From NCBI RefSeq assembly GCF_009914755.1, contig NC_060927.1: a stretch of 64,000 nt of DNA; one strand, written 5' to 3'. The translations under genes and the position numbers were made by a program. This DNA is from the human T2T-CHM13v2.0 reference genome, Homo sapiens. The notes under the pieces were generated by a model, which saw only the letters and a list, made by a program, of their open reading frames with translations, was not told where the DNA came from and did not search any database. Below are positions 23,785 through 37,669 of the stretch, in pieces; within the stretch, counting starts at the first letter, position 1; each line of letters starts with the position of its first letter.

Positions 23785-26700
23785 AAATTTATTTTTTAAT
23801 TGACACATTGTAATTGTGTATGTTTAAATGGTACAATTTAATGTTTTGATAAATGTGTGCATGATAGGATGTTCAAATCAGAGTAGTTAGTATATCCACT
23901 AGCTTGTGCATTTATCCTTTCTTTGTGGTGAGAACATCTAAGAGACCTCTCTTTTAGCTATTTTAAAGTATACAATATTTTACTGTAAACTGTCCTCACC
24001 TACCATGCAATACAACATCAGAAGTTATACCTCTTGTCTAATTGTAACTTTGAACCTGTTGAACAACCAACCTCTCTTCATCCTCCCCTCCCCAGACTCC
24101 AGTATCTCCTGTTCTACACTCTGCTTCTATAAAATCAACTTTTTTTAGATTTCACATATGAGAGAGACAATGTAGTATTTCTCTTTCTGTATCTGGCTTA
24201 CTTAACAAAATGTCCTCCAGGTTTATCTATTTTTTCTCAATAACAGGATATCATTCATTTTTATGGCCAAGTAATATTCCATTTTGTATATATACAACAT
24301 TCTCTTTTTCATGTATGCATTGTTGAGGATTTAGGTTGATTCCAAGTCTTGGCTATTGTGGATGGTGTTGCCACGAACATGGAAGTGCAGAAATGTCTTT
24401 GACATACTTATTTCACTTCCTGAGGATATATACCCAGAAGTGAGATTGTTGGATCATATGGTAGTTCTATTTGTAATTTTTTGGGGAAACTCCATGTTGT
24501 TTTCCATAATGGTTGTACTAATTTTCATTCCCACCAAAAGTGTGTAAGGATTTCCTTTTCTTTACATTTTCACTGAAATTTATCTTTTTGTCTTTTTGAT
24601 AATAGTTATTTTTACTAGAGGGAGGTGGTATCCTATTTTGGTTTTGATTTCCATTTCCCTCAAAATTACTGGTGATGGGCGTTTTCTTAGATGCCTATTC
24701 TTTCGAGAAATGTCTATTAAGCTATTTTAATCTGAATCTTTTCTCTTTTTTCTTAGTCTAGGTTTAATAAAAGTTTGTTATTCTTGTTTATTTTTAAAAA
24801 AAAAACCAACTCATTTTGTTGATATTTTAAATTATTTTTCTAGTCTCTATTTTATGTTTGCTCTGAGCTTTATTATTTTCCCCCTTCTGTGAATTTTGGA
24901 CTCAGTTTGTTCTTGTTTTTTTTTTTTATTTCATTTTATTTTATTTCTTCAATGCCTAGTTAGGCTTTGTATTAGATTTTTTTTTTTGATGTAGGTGTTT
25001 ATCACCATATTGTTTTGCTATGTCCCATAGGTTTTAATATGATGTATTTTTATTCTAATTTGTCTGCATAATTTTTAAAATTTCTTTATTGACCCATTGG
25101 TCATTTAGGAGCATTTTGTTTAGTTTCCATGTATTTGCAAAGTTTCCGATTTTTTTTGCTGATTTTCTATGTATTTGCATTTTCGATGTATTTGCAAAGT
25201 TTCCAATTTTTCTTGCTGATATCATTGTATTCAGAAAAGACACTTGGTACAATTTCTTTTTATAATATCTTTTTAAATTTGTTAAACTTATTTCTTGGTC
25301 TAACATGATTTATCTCGGAAAATGTTTCATGTGCAGTTGAAAAGAATGTGTATTCTGCAGCTGTTGGACACAATGTTCTGTAAATAGTTATTAAGTCAAT
25401 GTAGTCTAAGGTGCAGTGTAAGTCTGATGTTTTTTGTATTGTCTGTCTGTTTGCATGACTTTTCTATTGTTGAAAATGGCGTGATGAAGTTCTCCCATTA
25501 TTATGTTGTATTTGACCTCTCTCTAAATATGAAACTATTAAAATAGTTTCTTATTATGCTTGGGTGTTCTGATGTTGGGTGCATATATACTTATTATATC
25601 CTCTTGTTGAATTGATCAATTTATCATTATATAATAACACTTTTTGTCTCTTTTTTACAGTTTTTGAGTTAAAGTGTGTATTATTTGATACAAGTATATG
25701 CTATTCCTGCTTGTTTTTTATTTCTGCTTGCATGGTGTATCTTTTTCTATCCTTTTATTTTTAGTCTCTGTTTGTCTTTAATGGTGAGGTGAGTTTCCTG
25801 TAGCGAGTATATAGTTGGATATTCTTTATTTGTCCATTCAGCTACTCTATATTTTTAATTGGATAATTTAATCCATTTACATTTAAGGTTATTATTTCTG
25901 AGTAAGAATTTGCTTCTGCCATCTTGTTAATTGTTTTCTGGTTGTTTTGTAGATCCTCTGTTCCTTTCTTCCTCTCCTGTTGTTTACCTTTGTGGTTTGG
26001 TGGTTTGCTGTGCTGCTAAGCTTTGATTCCTTTCTCTTTCTTGTTTGTATACCTGCTTTAATTTCTTAGTGGTTGTCATGGGGCTAACATTAAGAAGCTT
26101 GTGGTTATAATAGACTATTTTAAGTTGATAGCAACTTAACTTTGATTGCATAAAAATTTTCTAGATTTTTCCTACCCCACACAATTATATGTTTGTTGTC
26201 TGAATTAGCACTTTATCTGGTGTGTGTTCTTTAACTTCTAATTATAGCTGTTGTTCCTCTTAATTGTTGTGACTTTTAACCATGAGAGGATTGAAACGTT
26301 TATAAAGCACAATTATAACACTGAGGTGTTCTGATTTTCATTATAAATTTACATCAACTGGTGAGTTTCATATGTATATTCATAAGAGTAATTATTGTTC
26401 TTTTGTTTCAAGTTGTTGCATTTCCTTAAGTACTTCTTGTCAGGCTAGTCTAATGATGATGAATTTTCTCAGCTTTTTATTGACTGGAAAGTTCTTTATT
26501 TCTCTTTTATTTCTGAATAATAGCTTTACTGAATGTAGTATTCTTGGCTAACAGGTTTTTTTTTTTCTTTCAGTACTTTGAATATATAATCTCTTTCTCT
26601 CTTGGCCTAGAAAGTTTCTGCTGAGAAATCTGCTGATAGTTTAACTGAGATTTCCTTTTATGCCACTTGACACTTATGTCTTATAGCTTTTAACATTCTC

Positions 26701-27869
26701 TCTTTGTTTCTTTGACTTTTAAGTTGGATTATTGTATGCCTTAGAGAGAGTCTTTTTGTATTGAATCTAATTGGGGATTTTTGAACTTCCTAGATCTGGA
26801 TGTCCATATTTTCTTGACTTGACATTTTCAGCATTATTTTATTAAATATGTTTTCTATGATTTGCTCTGTCCTTTCTTCCTCTGACATTCTCATAATGCC
26901 ATAATTTGTTTTCTTAATAGTGTTCCATAAGTTTCATAGTCTTTCTTTAAAAAAAGAAGTTTCTTCTTCTTTTTCCCCTCTGACTGGAATATTTCAAAAT
27001 ACCTTCTTGAAGTTCAGAAATTATTTCTTCTGCTTGATCTAGTCTGTTTAAGCTATCAATTGTATTTCTTATTTTATTCATTCAACTATTCAGCTCTAAG
27101 ATTTCTGCTTAGTTCTTTTTAATGATCCTTATCTCTTTGCTAAATTTCTCCTTTAGATCATAATTGTTTTTCTGATTTCAGTAAATTATTCTTCGGTATC
27201 TTGTACCTTGCTAAGTTTTGTTAAGATCATTATTTTGAATTCCTCTTCAGGCAATTTGTAATTTATTTTACTTCTGGGTCTACTATTGGGGAATTATTGT
27301 GTTCTTTATGGGGTGTGATGTTTCCTTGGTTCTCATGTTTCTTGTGTTCCTACATGATGTCTGTGCATCTAGTGGAACAATCACCTTTTCCAATGTTATG
27401 AAGCAGGTTTTGTAGAGAAAGACTTTCTCCCGGAGAGGATACCTAGGGTGTTGGTTGGGTACGGTATGTTGGTTTGAGTTTTGAATATACTCAATAGTGT
27501 GGTCTCTGTGAAGTATCTTCGGATGCGATTCTTGTTAGCAATGTCTGTCACTGCCTAGTGGCCTAGGCTGTGGGAATTTGTGGTGATAGTGGCATAGCTT
27601 TGCTGGAGGTGTAGGCACCAGTCTGGCTGTCAGTCTGGATGTATACATGTGGGGCAGGCCAACTGGCTGTGCAGTTTGGTATCTGGGAATTTTAGTCACC
27701 CATAGGTATGCTGTTCAGCCAGGCATGCGTGCAAACACATACAGCAAGCCAGCCGATTGTGCAATGGGCTCTCAAGACAGTGAGCTTCTGCTAAACTGGC
27801 TCTTGGGCCAGGTGCAAGAACATGTGGCTGCAGATGCAGCAGGCCAGTCTGCTATAAGGTGGGTCCTTA
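23785..27869 (-). mobile_element. Second L1MA nested in the first; 3' end to 5' UTR with ORF2 deletion
   Basis: New 3' end at ~23790; jump at ~24722 into N-terminal ORF2 (ORF 25055-25306: NTWKLNKMLLNDQWVNKEI); then EN, ORF1 (~26400-27400) and GC-richer 5' UTR. Confidence 0.82.
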
Positions 27870-28031
27870 TTTTTTCATAATAAGCAATCTATCAGGTTTG
27901 AGGTAATATTTTATTTTTGTTTTAATTTTCATATCTCTGATGATTGGAGATGTTGAACTTGCACATATATATGTATATATCTGTTGGCCATTCATATGTC
28001 TTATTTTGAGAAGTGTCTATTCAAGACCTTG

Positions 28032-31000
28032 ATTTTTTGAATGATGCCCACTCACATTGGTGAGAGTGGATCTTCTTTACTCAGGCTGATGGTTCCAATG
28101 CTAATCTTTTTCAGAAATGTACTCTGATACAATCAGAAATAATATTTCACTAGCTACATGGGTGTCCCTTAACTCAATCAAGTTGACACATAAAATTAAA
28201 CCATCACACCCACCCATTGTCAACTTGACACCTATACAAATTTCCTTAAACCATAGTCAGTTTACAAATAAATATAATAACAAGGTCATAATCTGACCAA
28301 ACATGACACAACTATCCTGTGCATAACTAAAAACATACCAATCTCTTCCTTAGTAGAGGAGGTAAAGCCCTTGAGTGATGTTTCCTCTTTCCTTGATATC
28401 CCATAACTTAAGCACTAAGGCATGAAATTAATAATACTTGCATACCAAAATGAAATCAATGCATTTTATGTTATATGATAAGGGACTAAGAGAAGAAAGA
28501 GAAAGAAAACAAAATTATTTGCTTAATGTGTATATACATATATATGTATATATATATAGTTCTAACAAAATAAGGAGGAAATACTCATGGCAATTACAGT
28601 CCTCCATAGTCATAGCTGGTATTTGTAACTACCTTATTTCTAAGGTGGTTTTGTATTAACTTCCAGGTCATTGGAGTCATTGCTGTGTCTCCTGGGGGAA
28701 GCATCCCCACTTTGGAACTAAGACTTTTAGGCCACAAGAACATAAAGTCATGGGAACAGAAAGCAAAAATTTTGCTAGGGAGTCTCAAGGGGTAATAGTG
28801 AGTTGTGCCTCTCACATTTTCACCATTTGATTCCTGGACCTGTGAATCCTGGCTATCAGAGAAAAGTACCTTGTATTAAACAGCAATTCAGAGCACATAC
28901 AGCCTTCTGGAGAATCTTTTCTCAGCCCTGAAAGATGTTGCCACCTAGCTCATGCTATGACTAGGTCTTCAAAGCGCCATTCCACTGTTCTGTCAAGCCA
29001 GCTGCTTCAGGATGGTGAAGAACATGATAAAACCAGAGAATTCCATGAGCATATAGGCATATCACTACTCTCCTTTTACTCTGAAGTGAGTTCCTTGATC
29101 AGGAGCAAGGCTGTATGGAATAACTTGATGGGGAATAAGACTTTCTACAAGTCAATGATGGTAGTTTTGGCAGAAGCATTTCATGTAGGAAGACAAATGT
29201 GTACCCAGATTAAATGTCTATTCCAGTAAGGACAAAACATTGTTTCTTCCATGGTGGAAGTGTTCCAACATAATCAACCTGTCACCAGGTAGCAGGCTGA
29301 TCATGCCAGGGAATTGTGCCATATTAAGGGCTCAGTGTTGGTTTCTGCTGTTGGAAGATTGGGCGCTCAGCAGCTGTCATAGGCAGGTTGGCTTTAGTGA
29401 GCTCAAATCCATGTCACTAAGCCTGTGTATAACCACTATCCCTCCCACCATGGACACTTTGTCCATGAGCTCATTGGGTAATGACAAGGATTCCTGGGAA
29501 AACAAGCTACTTAGCATCACAGAGTAGGTCAACCTATTCATCTGATTATCAAAATACTCCTCTGCTGAGATCACCATTTAACAGGTATTCACATGGGACA
29601 CAAATATTTTCCAATTTTTTGCCTATTTGAGAGCTTTCTCTCAAAAAAACAGTAGTTACCTATAGATGATGGCAAGGCCTTCCTTCAAAATCCTGAAGGT
29701 TTGTACTACAATTTGCCTATAGGTGCCTATCAAAGGCCTTAAACATCCATGGAAATTTTAAGCACTAATGGATCTGCTGAATCATATAAGCCCACGTGGC
29801 AGAGCAGCTTACACAGCAGCCTGGACCTGTTGCAGAGCCTTCTCTTGTTCTAGGTCCAACACAAAGCTAGTAGCTTTTTAGGTCACTTGGTAAATGGGTC
29901 AGAGTGATCCAACCAAATGAGGAATATGTTGCCTCTAAAGCTCAATTAGGCCCACCATTGTGCTTCTTTCTTGGTCATAGGGGGTTCCAGATGCAACAAC
30001 TTTTCTTTCACCTAAGAAGGAATATCTCAACATGCATAACCTCAGTGAACTCCTATATATTTTACTGAGATAGAAAGCCCCTGTATTTTAGTATGATTTA
30101 TTTCCCACCCTATGATATACAAATGTCTTACCAGTAATTCTAGTGTAGTTTCTACCCCTCATTCACTAGGTCTGGTCAGCTTAATGTCATCAATGTAATG
30201 GACTAGTGTGATATCTTGTGCAAGGGAAAAGCGATCCAGGTCTATGCAGAGTAGATGTTGACATAGGATAGGATAGTTAATATATCCTTGAGGTGGGAAA
30301 ATAAAGCGGAATTTCTGGTCTTACCAGCTGAAAGCCAACTATTTCTGGTGGGTCCTATGGACAAGGGTGGAGAAAAAGGTTTATTTGCCAAATTAATAGC
30401 TGCATATCAGGTACCAGGGTATGTGCTCATTTGCTCAAGCAATAAAACCACATCGGGTACAGAAGCTGCAACTGGAGTCAACAGTTAGTTAAACTCATGA
30501 TATTTCACTGCCATTGTCCAAGATCCATCTTTCTCTGCACAAGGTAAATAGAAGAGTTGAATGAGGTTGGGGTGAAAACCCACTCCTGGATCTTTCAAGT
30601 CTTTGATGGTGGCACTAATTTCTGTAGTCCCTCAAGAGATATGTGTACTGCTTTTGGCTTACTGTTTTCCTAGGCAGAGGCAGTTCTAATGATTTCCATT
30701 TGGTCTTTCCCACCATAGCAGCCCTCAGTCTACAGATCAGCAAATCAGTGTGGGGATTCTGTCAGCTGCTAAGTATGTCTATTCCAACTATGCATCTGGA
30801 ACTAGGGAAATAACTATAGGGTGGGCTTGGGGACCCTCTAGCCCCACTATATGACAGATCTGAGCTAAAACTACATTGATCATCTGACCTCCATAAGCCC
30901 CTACTCTGAATATAGGACCAGAGTGATGGTTTGAGTCTCCTGGAATCAATGCCAATAGTTCAGTGTCTAGTAGTACTCAGAAGGTCTGATTATTTCTCTC

Positions 31001-33393
31001 CCTCTAACCCACTTACCCTGGTAAAAAGCTGTAAGATTAATATAAATTTTTGGTAGTTTAACATGGGTCTTACTCAATGTGACCCAGCATCCTCTTCATC
31101 AAGACCTTCTAAGTCTGTAAACTGGCTTAAATCTGGTAATTGAATAATGTGCCATGACTCTCTTCTTTTATAATTAGACTTAAGACTTTTGTTAAGCAGA
31201 TCTGGAACTTTTCTGCTTATACAGATCTAGGCTTCCTGTTTATTTTACATCTAGAAACATTATGATTAGCTAGCCAATTCCATAAGTAAGCATGAGCCAG
31301 ACTATCCTGATTGCTGCTTTGACTCTGCTGTTTATTACAGTACCTATGCCCATCTTGTCTTCGTTGGTTGAGTGTTGCCACTCTGAGATCCATCTACCCA
31401 CAGTGCATATAGGTTTTCCAATTGAATGGCTGCAGTTCCTGCTCTAAGGTCTAGCCTACCAAGGAAAGTGATCACAAAGCTCTTGAAAGATTCTGGGGCT
31501 CCTTTCACAAATTTATTGTTTGAAGTATTGGTAAAAAGATGAGTCTTCTGAACACTCCAGTATGGGTAAGTATGTCTTAAATGACAAATTCACTCTAACA
31601 TTACAATATCCCTAAGGCTTTGAATCCCTTCTTTTTCATTAAACCAATGAATCCTGGGCATTTCTAATTTTTTCACATTTTTTTTCATCCACACTTCAAC
31701 CAAACAACCAAACGAACTGGTTAGAGTCCTTTCTAACTCCCTGTGTGCAGAAATCTCTGCTTAATGGGCCTATATTAATAAATTTTACCTGTTCCAACTT
31801 TGTTTCTTCCACCATTATCCCACACCATTAATATTTTTCCCTATAGAAGTTCCTTGTGTTTCTGCTTCTATAAAGTAGAAAATTCAAGTTGTTCTTTTGG
31901 GGTGTAGTATACCTCTTCAAGGGTCACACTTTGTGTCTCACCTTTAGGAACAAGCTGAGGCTTGAGTCCCATTATAGGTTTAGAAGTAAAGAAAGATAGT
32001 GGGTGAGTCCTGAGGAGAGTCAGCATTATCTTCATACTAGCTGCCTCAGGGAAGGCCATTGCCTTTTCCTTAGGCTATGCAGGGTTAACTCCTTCAGATG
32101 GCAGTGCGAAGGCAACATCACTATGGGTGGAGAGGTCACTGCTTCTAGGGAAAGGGACATCCTGTTTGTCTGCTGGTGTTGGAAAGCCACTTTTGCTAGG
32201 GGAGGATAAACCACTTTCATTGGGGATAGATAGGCCATCTTTGCCGGGGTTGGGGAGGCCTCTTCTGGCAAAAAAGACTCATCAGAATTTAGGGGCTTAA
32301 TGTCCCCATCATCATCACAATCTCCTCACACATTCTCATCCCAACTTATAGGATCCCATTCCTTCCCAATCAATGCCCTCACTTTAGCAATAAATACCTT
32401 GTAATGCTGGGAGTTCAACTTGAATTGTAATTCAGCCAATCACAGGATGATGTCCTGACTTTTATTTTCAGCCATTTCAGCCCTGTGACTCTCCCTCAGG
32501 GCATACATACAAACTCTTAGATCATTTATGGGTACTTGAACTGGAATGCAAATCCCTGAGCTCATCCTTGTCTATTAGCACTTTGTCTAGTGACATTAGT
32601 GGCAACCAATCAATGTCATTAAATTATTTAGTTTTCCACAAATGTTTGAAAGTATATTCAAAGTTACTTATCTCCCTGCTTCTTGTAAGTGGTTAATTAT
32701 AAGTATTTAATGCAGATATTTTGTGTGCTTCTATAAATAGTTCATGCCAAGAACTATCAGTGCTCTCTTTACTATTGGAAACAGAGTCATTAGAATCTTT
32801 AAATCTAATCAGATTAGAAAGCCATTTTCAGAAGCCCAAAACCAATTCAGAAAAGGTCATCTGTTTTTCTAGAATTGCTCTCATTACCAAAGTCTGCATT
32901 AGTCAGGGTTCTCCAGACAAACAGAACCAGTAATATATATATATATATACACACAGAGAGAGAGAGAGAAATTAATTATGGAAATTGGGTGACATGATTA
33001 TGAGGGTGAAGAAGTCCCAAGATATGCCATCTTTAAGAGAACTAGGAAAGTCAGTGGTGTAACTGGGTCTGAGTGTGAAATTCCATGAACAAGGAGGCCA
33101 CTGGTATAAGTGTTAAGTCCTGGAGTCTGAAGACTCAAGAATCAAGAGCTCTGATTTCCAAGGGCAGTGTAAGATGGATATTTCAATTCAAACACAGAGA
33201 GAGAATTCACCATTCCTCCACAGATAGGAAGATGTCCGGTCACATAAATGAGGATGAATATCCTTTACTCAGTTTACCTACTCAAAGCTAAACTCTTTAG
33301 GAACCCTCATAGACATACTCATAAATAATGTTTTACCAGCTATCTGGGCATCCCTCTGCTCTGTCAAGTTGACACATAAAATTAACCATCACG
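28032..33393 (-). mobile_element. Degraded ERV-L provirus with MLT2D LTRs (partial 3' LTR 28032-28208, 5' LTR 32895-33393)
   Basis: Both LTRs end tcaagttgacacataaaattaa(a)ccatcac; tRNA-Leu-like PBS complement ctctcattacca next to the 5' LTR; gag-pro-pol-dUTPase remnants between. Confidence 0.9.
28600..31020 (-). pseudogene. ERV-L pro-pol-dUTPase remnant
   Basis: Protease LLDTELLALIPGD (~30940-30976); RT DITLVHYIDDI (YIDDI at 30183-30197); integrase start AEEYFDNQMNRLT (ORF 29377-29577); dUTPase GMLPPGDTAMTPMTWKL (ORF 28594-28815). Many stops and deletions. Confidence 0.88.
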
Positions 33394-33425
33394 AGAAGAG
33401 AGAGTAAAGGGAGATAAAAATAATA

Positions 33426-33825
33426 TGTGTTAAGCCATTCTTACATTGCTATAAAGGAATGCTTGAGACTGGGTAATTTATAAGAAAAAGATTTAATTGG
33501 TTCACGGTTCTGCAGGCTGTTCAGGAAGCATGGTGCCAGCATCTGCTCCTGGGGAAGCCTCAAGAAGCTTTCAGTTATGGCAGAAGGCAAAGGGGGAGCA
33601 GGCACATCACATGGCAGAAGCAGGAGCAAGAGAGAGATAAAGTGGAGGGGGAGGTACCACACACTTTTTTAAAAGACCAGCTCTTTTGAGAACTCACTCA
33701 CTATCAAGAAGACAACACCAAGCCATGAGGTATCTGACCCCATGATCCAATCACCTCCACCTCCAACATTGAGGATTACAATTGTATATGACATTTAGGT
33801 GGAAGCAAATACCCAAACTATATAA
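33426..33825 (-). mobile_element. MSTA solo LTR
   Basis: cattgctataaagga...tctgcaggctgt.caggaagcatggtgccagcatctgct; TSD taata at 33421-33425 and 33826-33830. Confidence 0.87.
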
Positions 33826-33831
33826 TAATAA

Positions 33832-34166
<335 letters not shown>

Positions 34167-34194
34167 TTAAAGATAGCTTTATATATAGTGATTA

Positions 34195-34330
34195 GGGAGC
34201 ATGAATAATTAAAATCTTACTGGCGATTATTTTAAGATGGCAGGTATTTAACTGATTTTTACTTTCCTTTTTATATCTTCAAACAGTTTTTGACTTTTTA
34301 TAATGTGTATATGTTTTTCATAATCAGGAA
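34195..34330 (+). mobile_element. Ancient L1ME/MC 3' terminus
   Basis: gatttttactttcctttttatat...tttttataatgtgtatatgtttttcataatcaggaa. Confidence 0.5.
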
Positions 34331-34906
34331 CACTTGCAGCTCTTTTCCTGATGGGAGGAGAAGTACAAGCCTCAGCAAAAAATCGTGTCTTAGAACTCTT
34401 GATACCATTGTACTTTAACATCACATAACAAAGACCCTAATATCATTAAACATCACTTATAACTAACCTTCCCCTGTATGTCATTCTGCAGAGGAAGAAT
34501 CAGCTGCTTATGTTTACATAAGGCTGCCATTCAGTGGGAGTTGTCCTTCTCCTGTATTTCTCTCTGGCAGTGTAGTAGCAATTAAATGCCTTGTGAGTAA
34601 GAAACTGAAAAAAAAATCCTGTTTCTTAGGTTATAGAGCCAAAGTTCCTATCTTGATACAATAAAATTGTAAAGATAAATAGCATATTCTGAGGTTGTCA
34701 GCCATTCAGCATCTTCTAATAACATTTTTTCCTTTATCTGCATTTTCTTTTGCACCCTAACACACCCATTACTTCCTTCATCCTTTCTTTGACCATTCTC
34801 CAATTAAACTTGAGATAAAGCTAATGAGTCTCTTTAATTAAATCTATAGTCCAGACCACTCTCCTGAGTTCCAGAACTCTTTTATTCAAAAGTTTTACTC
34901 GATATC

Positions 34907-35843
34907 TATATTAGTCCATTCTCACACTGTTATAAAGAACTGCCCAAGACTGGATAATATATAAAGGAAAGAGGTTTAATTGTGTATTAGTCAGGGTTCT
35001 CTAGAACGACAGAATTAATAGAATATATGTATATATGAAAGAAAGTTTATTAAGGAGAATTGACTCACACAATAACAAGGTAAAGTCCCACAATAGGCTG
35101 TCTGCAAGTTGAAGAGCAAGAAAGCCAGTGGTGGATCAGTCCGAGTTCCAAAACCTGAAAAGTAGGGAAGCTGACAGTGAAACCTTCAGTCTGTGTCCAA
35201 AGGCTGGAGAATCCCTGGGAAACCACTTTTGTAAATCTAAGAATCCAAAAGCTGAAGAACCTGGAGTCTGTTCAAGGGAAGGAAGTATCCAGCATGGTAG
35301 AAAGACAAAGGCCAAAAGACTCAGCAAGTGTACTCTTCCATCTTCTCCTGCCTGCTTTATTCTAGCTGTGCTGGCTGCTGATTAGATGGTGCCCACCCAG
35401 ATTGAGGGTGGGTCTGCCTCTCACAGTCCTCTGACTCAAATGTTAATCTCCTTTGGCAACACCCTCACAGACACACCCAGGAACAATACTTTGCATCCTT
35501 CAATCCAATCAAGGTGACACTCAATATTAACCATCACAAATTGACTCACTGTTCCACAGGGCTGGGGAGACCTTAGGAAACTTACAGTCATGGCAGAAGG
35601 GGAAACAAACACTTCCTTCTTCATGTGGTGGCAGGAAGGAGAAGAATGAGCAAAGAGGGACAAGCTCCTTATAAAACCATCAAATCTCATGAGAACTCAC
35701 TTATTATCTTAAGAACCTCAGCCTGTGGGTAACCACCCCTATTATTCAATTACCTCCCACTGGGTGCCTCCCATGACACATGGGGACTATGGGAATTACA
35801 ATTCAAGATGAGATTTGGGTGGGGACACAGCCAAACCATATCA
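34907..35843 (-). mobile_element. THE1C solo LTR split by MLT2A2
   Basis: Halves 34907-34982 and 35544-35843 join at gaggtttaattg|actcac; TSD atatc/atgtc. Confidence 0.88.
34983..35538 (-). mobile_element. MLT2A2 (HERV-L) solo LTR
   Basis: tgtattagtcagggttctctag...caatattaaccatcaca, 556 bp; perfect TSD aattg at 34978-34982 and 35539-35543. Confidence 0.92.
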
Positions 35844-36204
35844 ATGTCTGTTCTTGGATGCTTCAAAATCCTATACATCAAAAACAAACAAAAAAACCAG
35901 GAACAATAAAACAAACAAACAAACAAACACTGATCTCTCATCTTATTACCAGCTCTCAAATATTGTTCTCCAGAATTTCCAGATTCAGTGAAAGGTATCA
36001 TCAGGTGAACAAGGTAGAAAACTAGGAGTTATTTTTGTATATAGTGGTTGTCATCTCTTCTCACATTCAATCCCCTGACTGTTGTTTTGATTTCTTAACC
36101 AAAACATCTCTCAAATTAATCTGTTTCTACTTCATCTGTACTGCTAACACGGCATATTAGTCCACATTATCACCATCTCTCACTTGAATATTCTCTGTTC
36201 TTTT

Positions 36205-36610
36205 GTGTGATGGTCAGTCAGGTGTGGACAAAAAGGAAACACAGAAGATGTGCAGGAAAACAGAAGTTTATTATACTTACAGATTCTAGAAACAGGAGGC
36301 ACAGCACACTATGCAAGGCCACATGGGGAGGCCTCAGTGTAGTTAAGAGGCAGAAAATAGGAGCAAGGAGAAAGCCTAGGCCGAACATTTATTGGGCTTT
36401 CTCAGGGAAAGGTGTCACAACAGGATAGTTTAGGATGGGCTAGTTTGAATTTCAACTGACTCTAAGCTATTGGGAGGATCCCTAGTTGCCTGGTACCTGG
36501 CCTGGCAGGATTAAGGCAGAGAAATATTGCCTCCTGAGGTGTATTGGCCAGATAGAGAAGATATGGCCTTGGATTCGTTGGTCTGCATATTAAGGCATGC
36601 TCCAGGAGTG
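36205..36610 (-). mobile_element. MER76-like ERVL LTR, truncated
   Basis: acagaagtttattatacttacag...ccctagttgcctggtacctggcc...attaaggcagagaaatattgcctcctg. Confidence 0.72.
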
Positions 36611-37199
36611 GAAAGGTCAGGGAGTCATCTTTCTTCTGGCCCAGTGGCAGAGCATGCCTGGAAAGGAGAGAAAAGACAAAAGAGCCATGAGACCGACAGC
36701 CTACCTATGGGCCATTACTCTTAACCACCATCTACTGGATCACAGCCCAAACTACACCACCAAAAAAATACTCTGCTACTATACACCCCTGTGAAACCAA
36801 GGGTAAGAATCTAGCCACAAACAAAGATGCTGTACAGACTCTTGACCTTCTGAAAGTATCCAGAAATGAAGCCAATTGACTATACTCAACTTATTCAACT
36901 TACGCTTTCACAATTAAAGGAACACCAGCCCTCCAAGATGAGAAAGAGTCAGTGTAAGAATTCTGGCAATTCAAAAAATCAGAGTGCCCTCTCACCTCCA
37001 AACAAGCCCACTTGTTCCCCAGCGATGGTTCTTAGCCAGACTGAAATGACTAAAATGGCAGACATAAAATTTAGAATCTGGATGGCAAAGAAGCTCATTG
37101 AGATTCAGGAGAAAGTTGAAACCCAATCCAAGGAATACAAGGGATCTAGTAAAACAACCCAAGAACTGAAAGACAAAACAGCCATTTTAAGAAAGAACA

Positions 37200-37300
37200 T
37201 AGCCTTGAAGTTGCATGTTATAAAATATATATAATATATAGCTATATAATATATAATATATTAATATATAATATATGATATGTGTATATATATTATATAT
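37200..37300. repeat. TA-rich low-complexity insert in L1 ORF1
   Basis: Imperfect (TA/ATA)n run flanked by gaaca on both sides. Confidence 0.8.
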
Positions 37301-37669
37301 GAACAAAACTGAACTGCTGGAACTGAAAAAATTCACTACAAGAAGTTTATAATACAATTGGAAATACTAACAGCAGAATAGAGCAAGCTGAGGAAAGAAT
37401 CGCAGAGCTTGAAGCCTTGAAGACTGTATGAATCAGTTCAGTTAGATAAAAATAAAGAAAAAGAATTAAAAAATAAACAAAACCTTCAAGAAATATGGGA
37501 TTATGTAAAGAGATCAAACCTACAGCTCATTGGCATTCCTGATAGAGGAGAGAGTAAGCAAGGTGGGAAATACATGTGAGAATACAGGCCATTAAAATTT
37601 CCCTCATCAAGCTAGAGAGGCAGATGTGCAAATTCAATAAATACAGGGAACCCCTGTGATACTATACTC

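Larger units (their letters stand above)
34830..36195 (+). mobile_element. L2 fragment interrupted by THE1C/MLT2A2
   Basis: ccagaccactctcctgagttccaga before the LTRs; tcagtgaaaggtatca, agaaaactaggagttattttt and tcacattcaatc after them. Confidence 0.7.

Noticed and set aside
28600-32850. Domesticated ERV-L gene (Fv1-like gag or dUTPase)
   Set aside because: No ORF over ~95 aa; heavily frameshifted and deleted.
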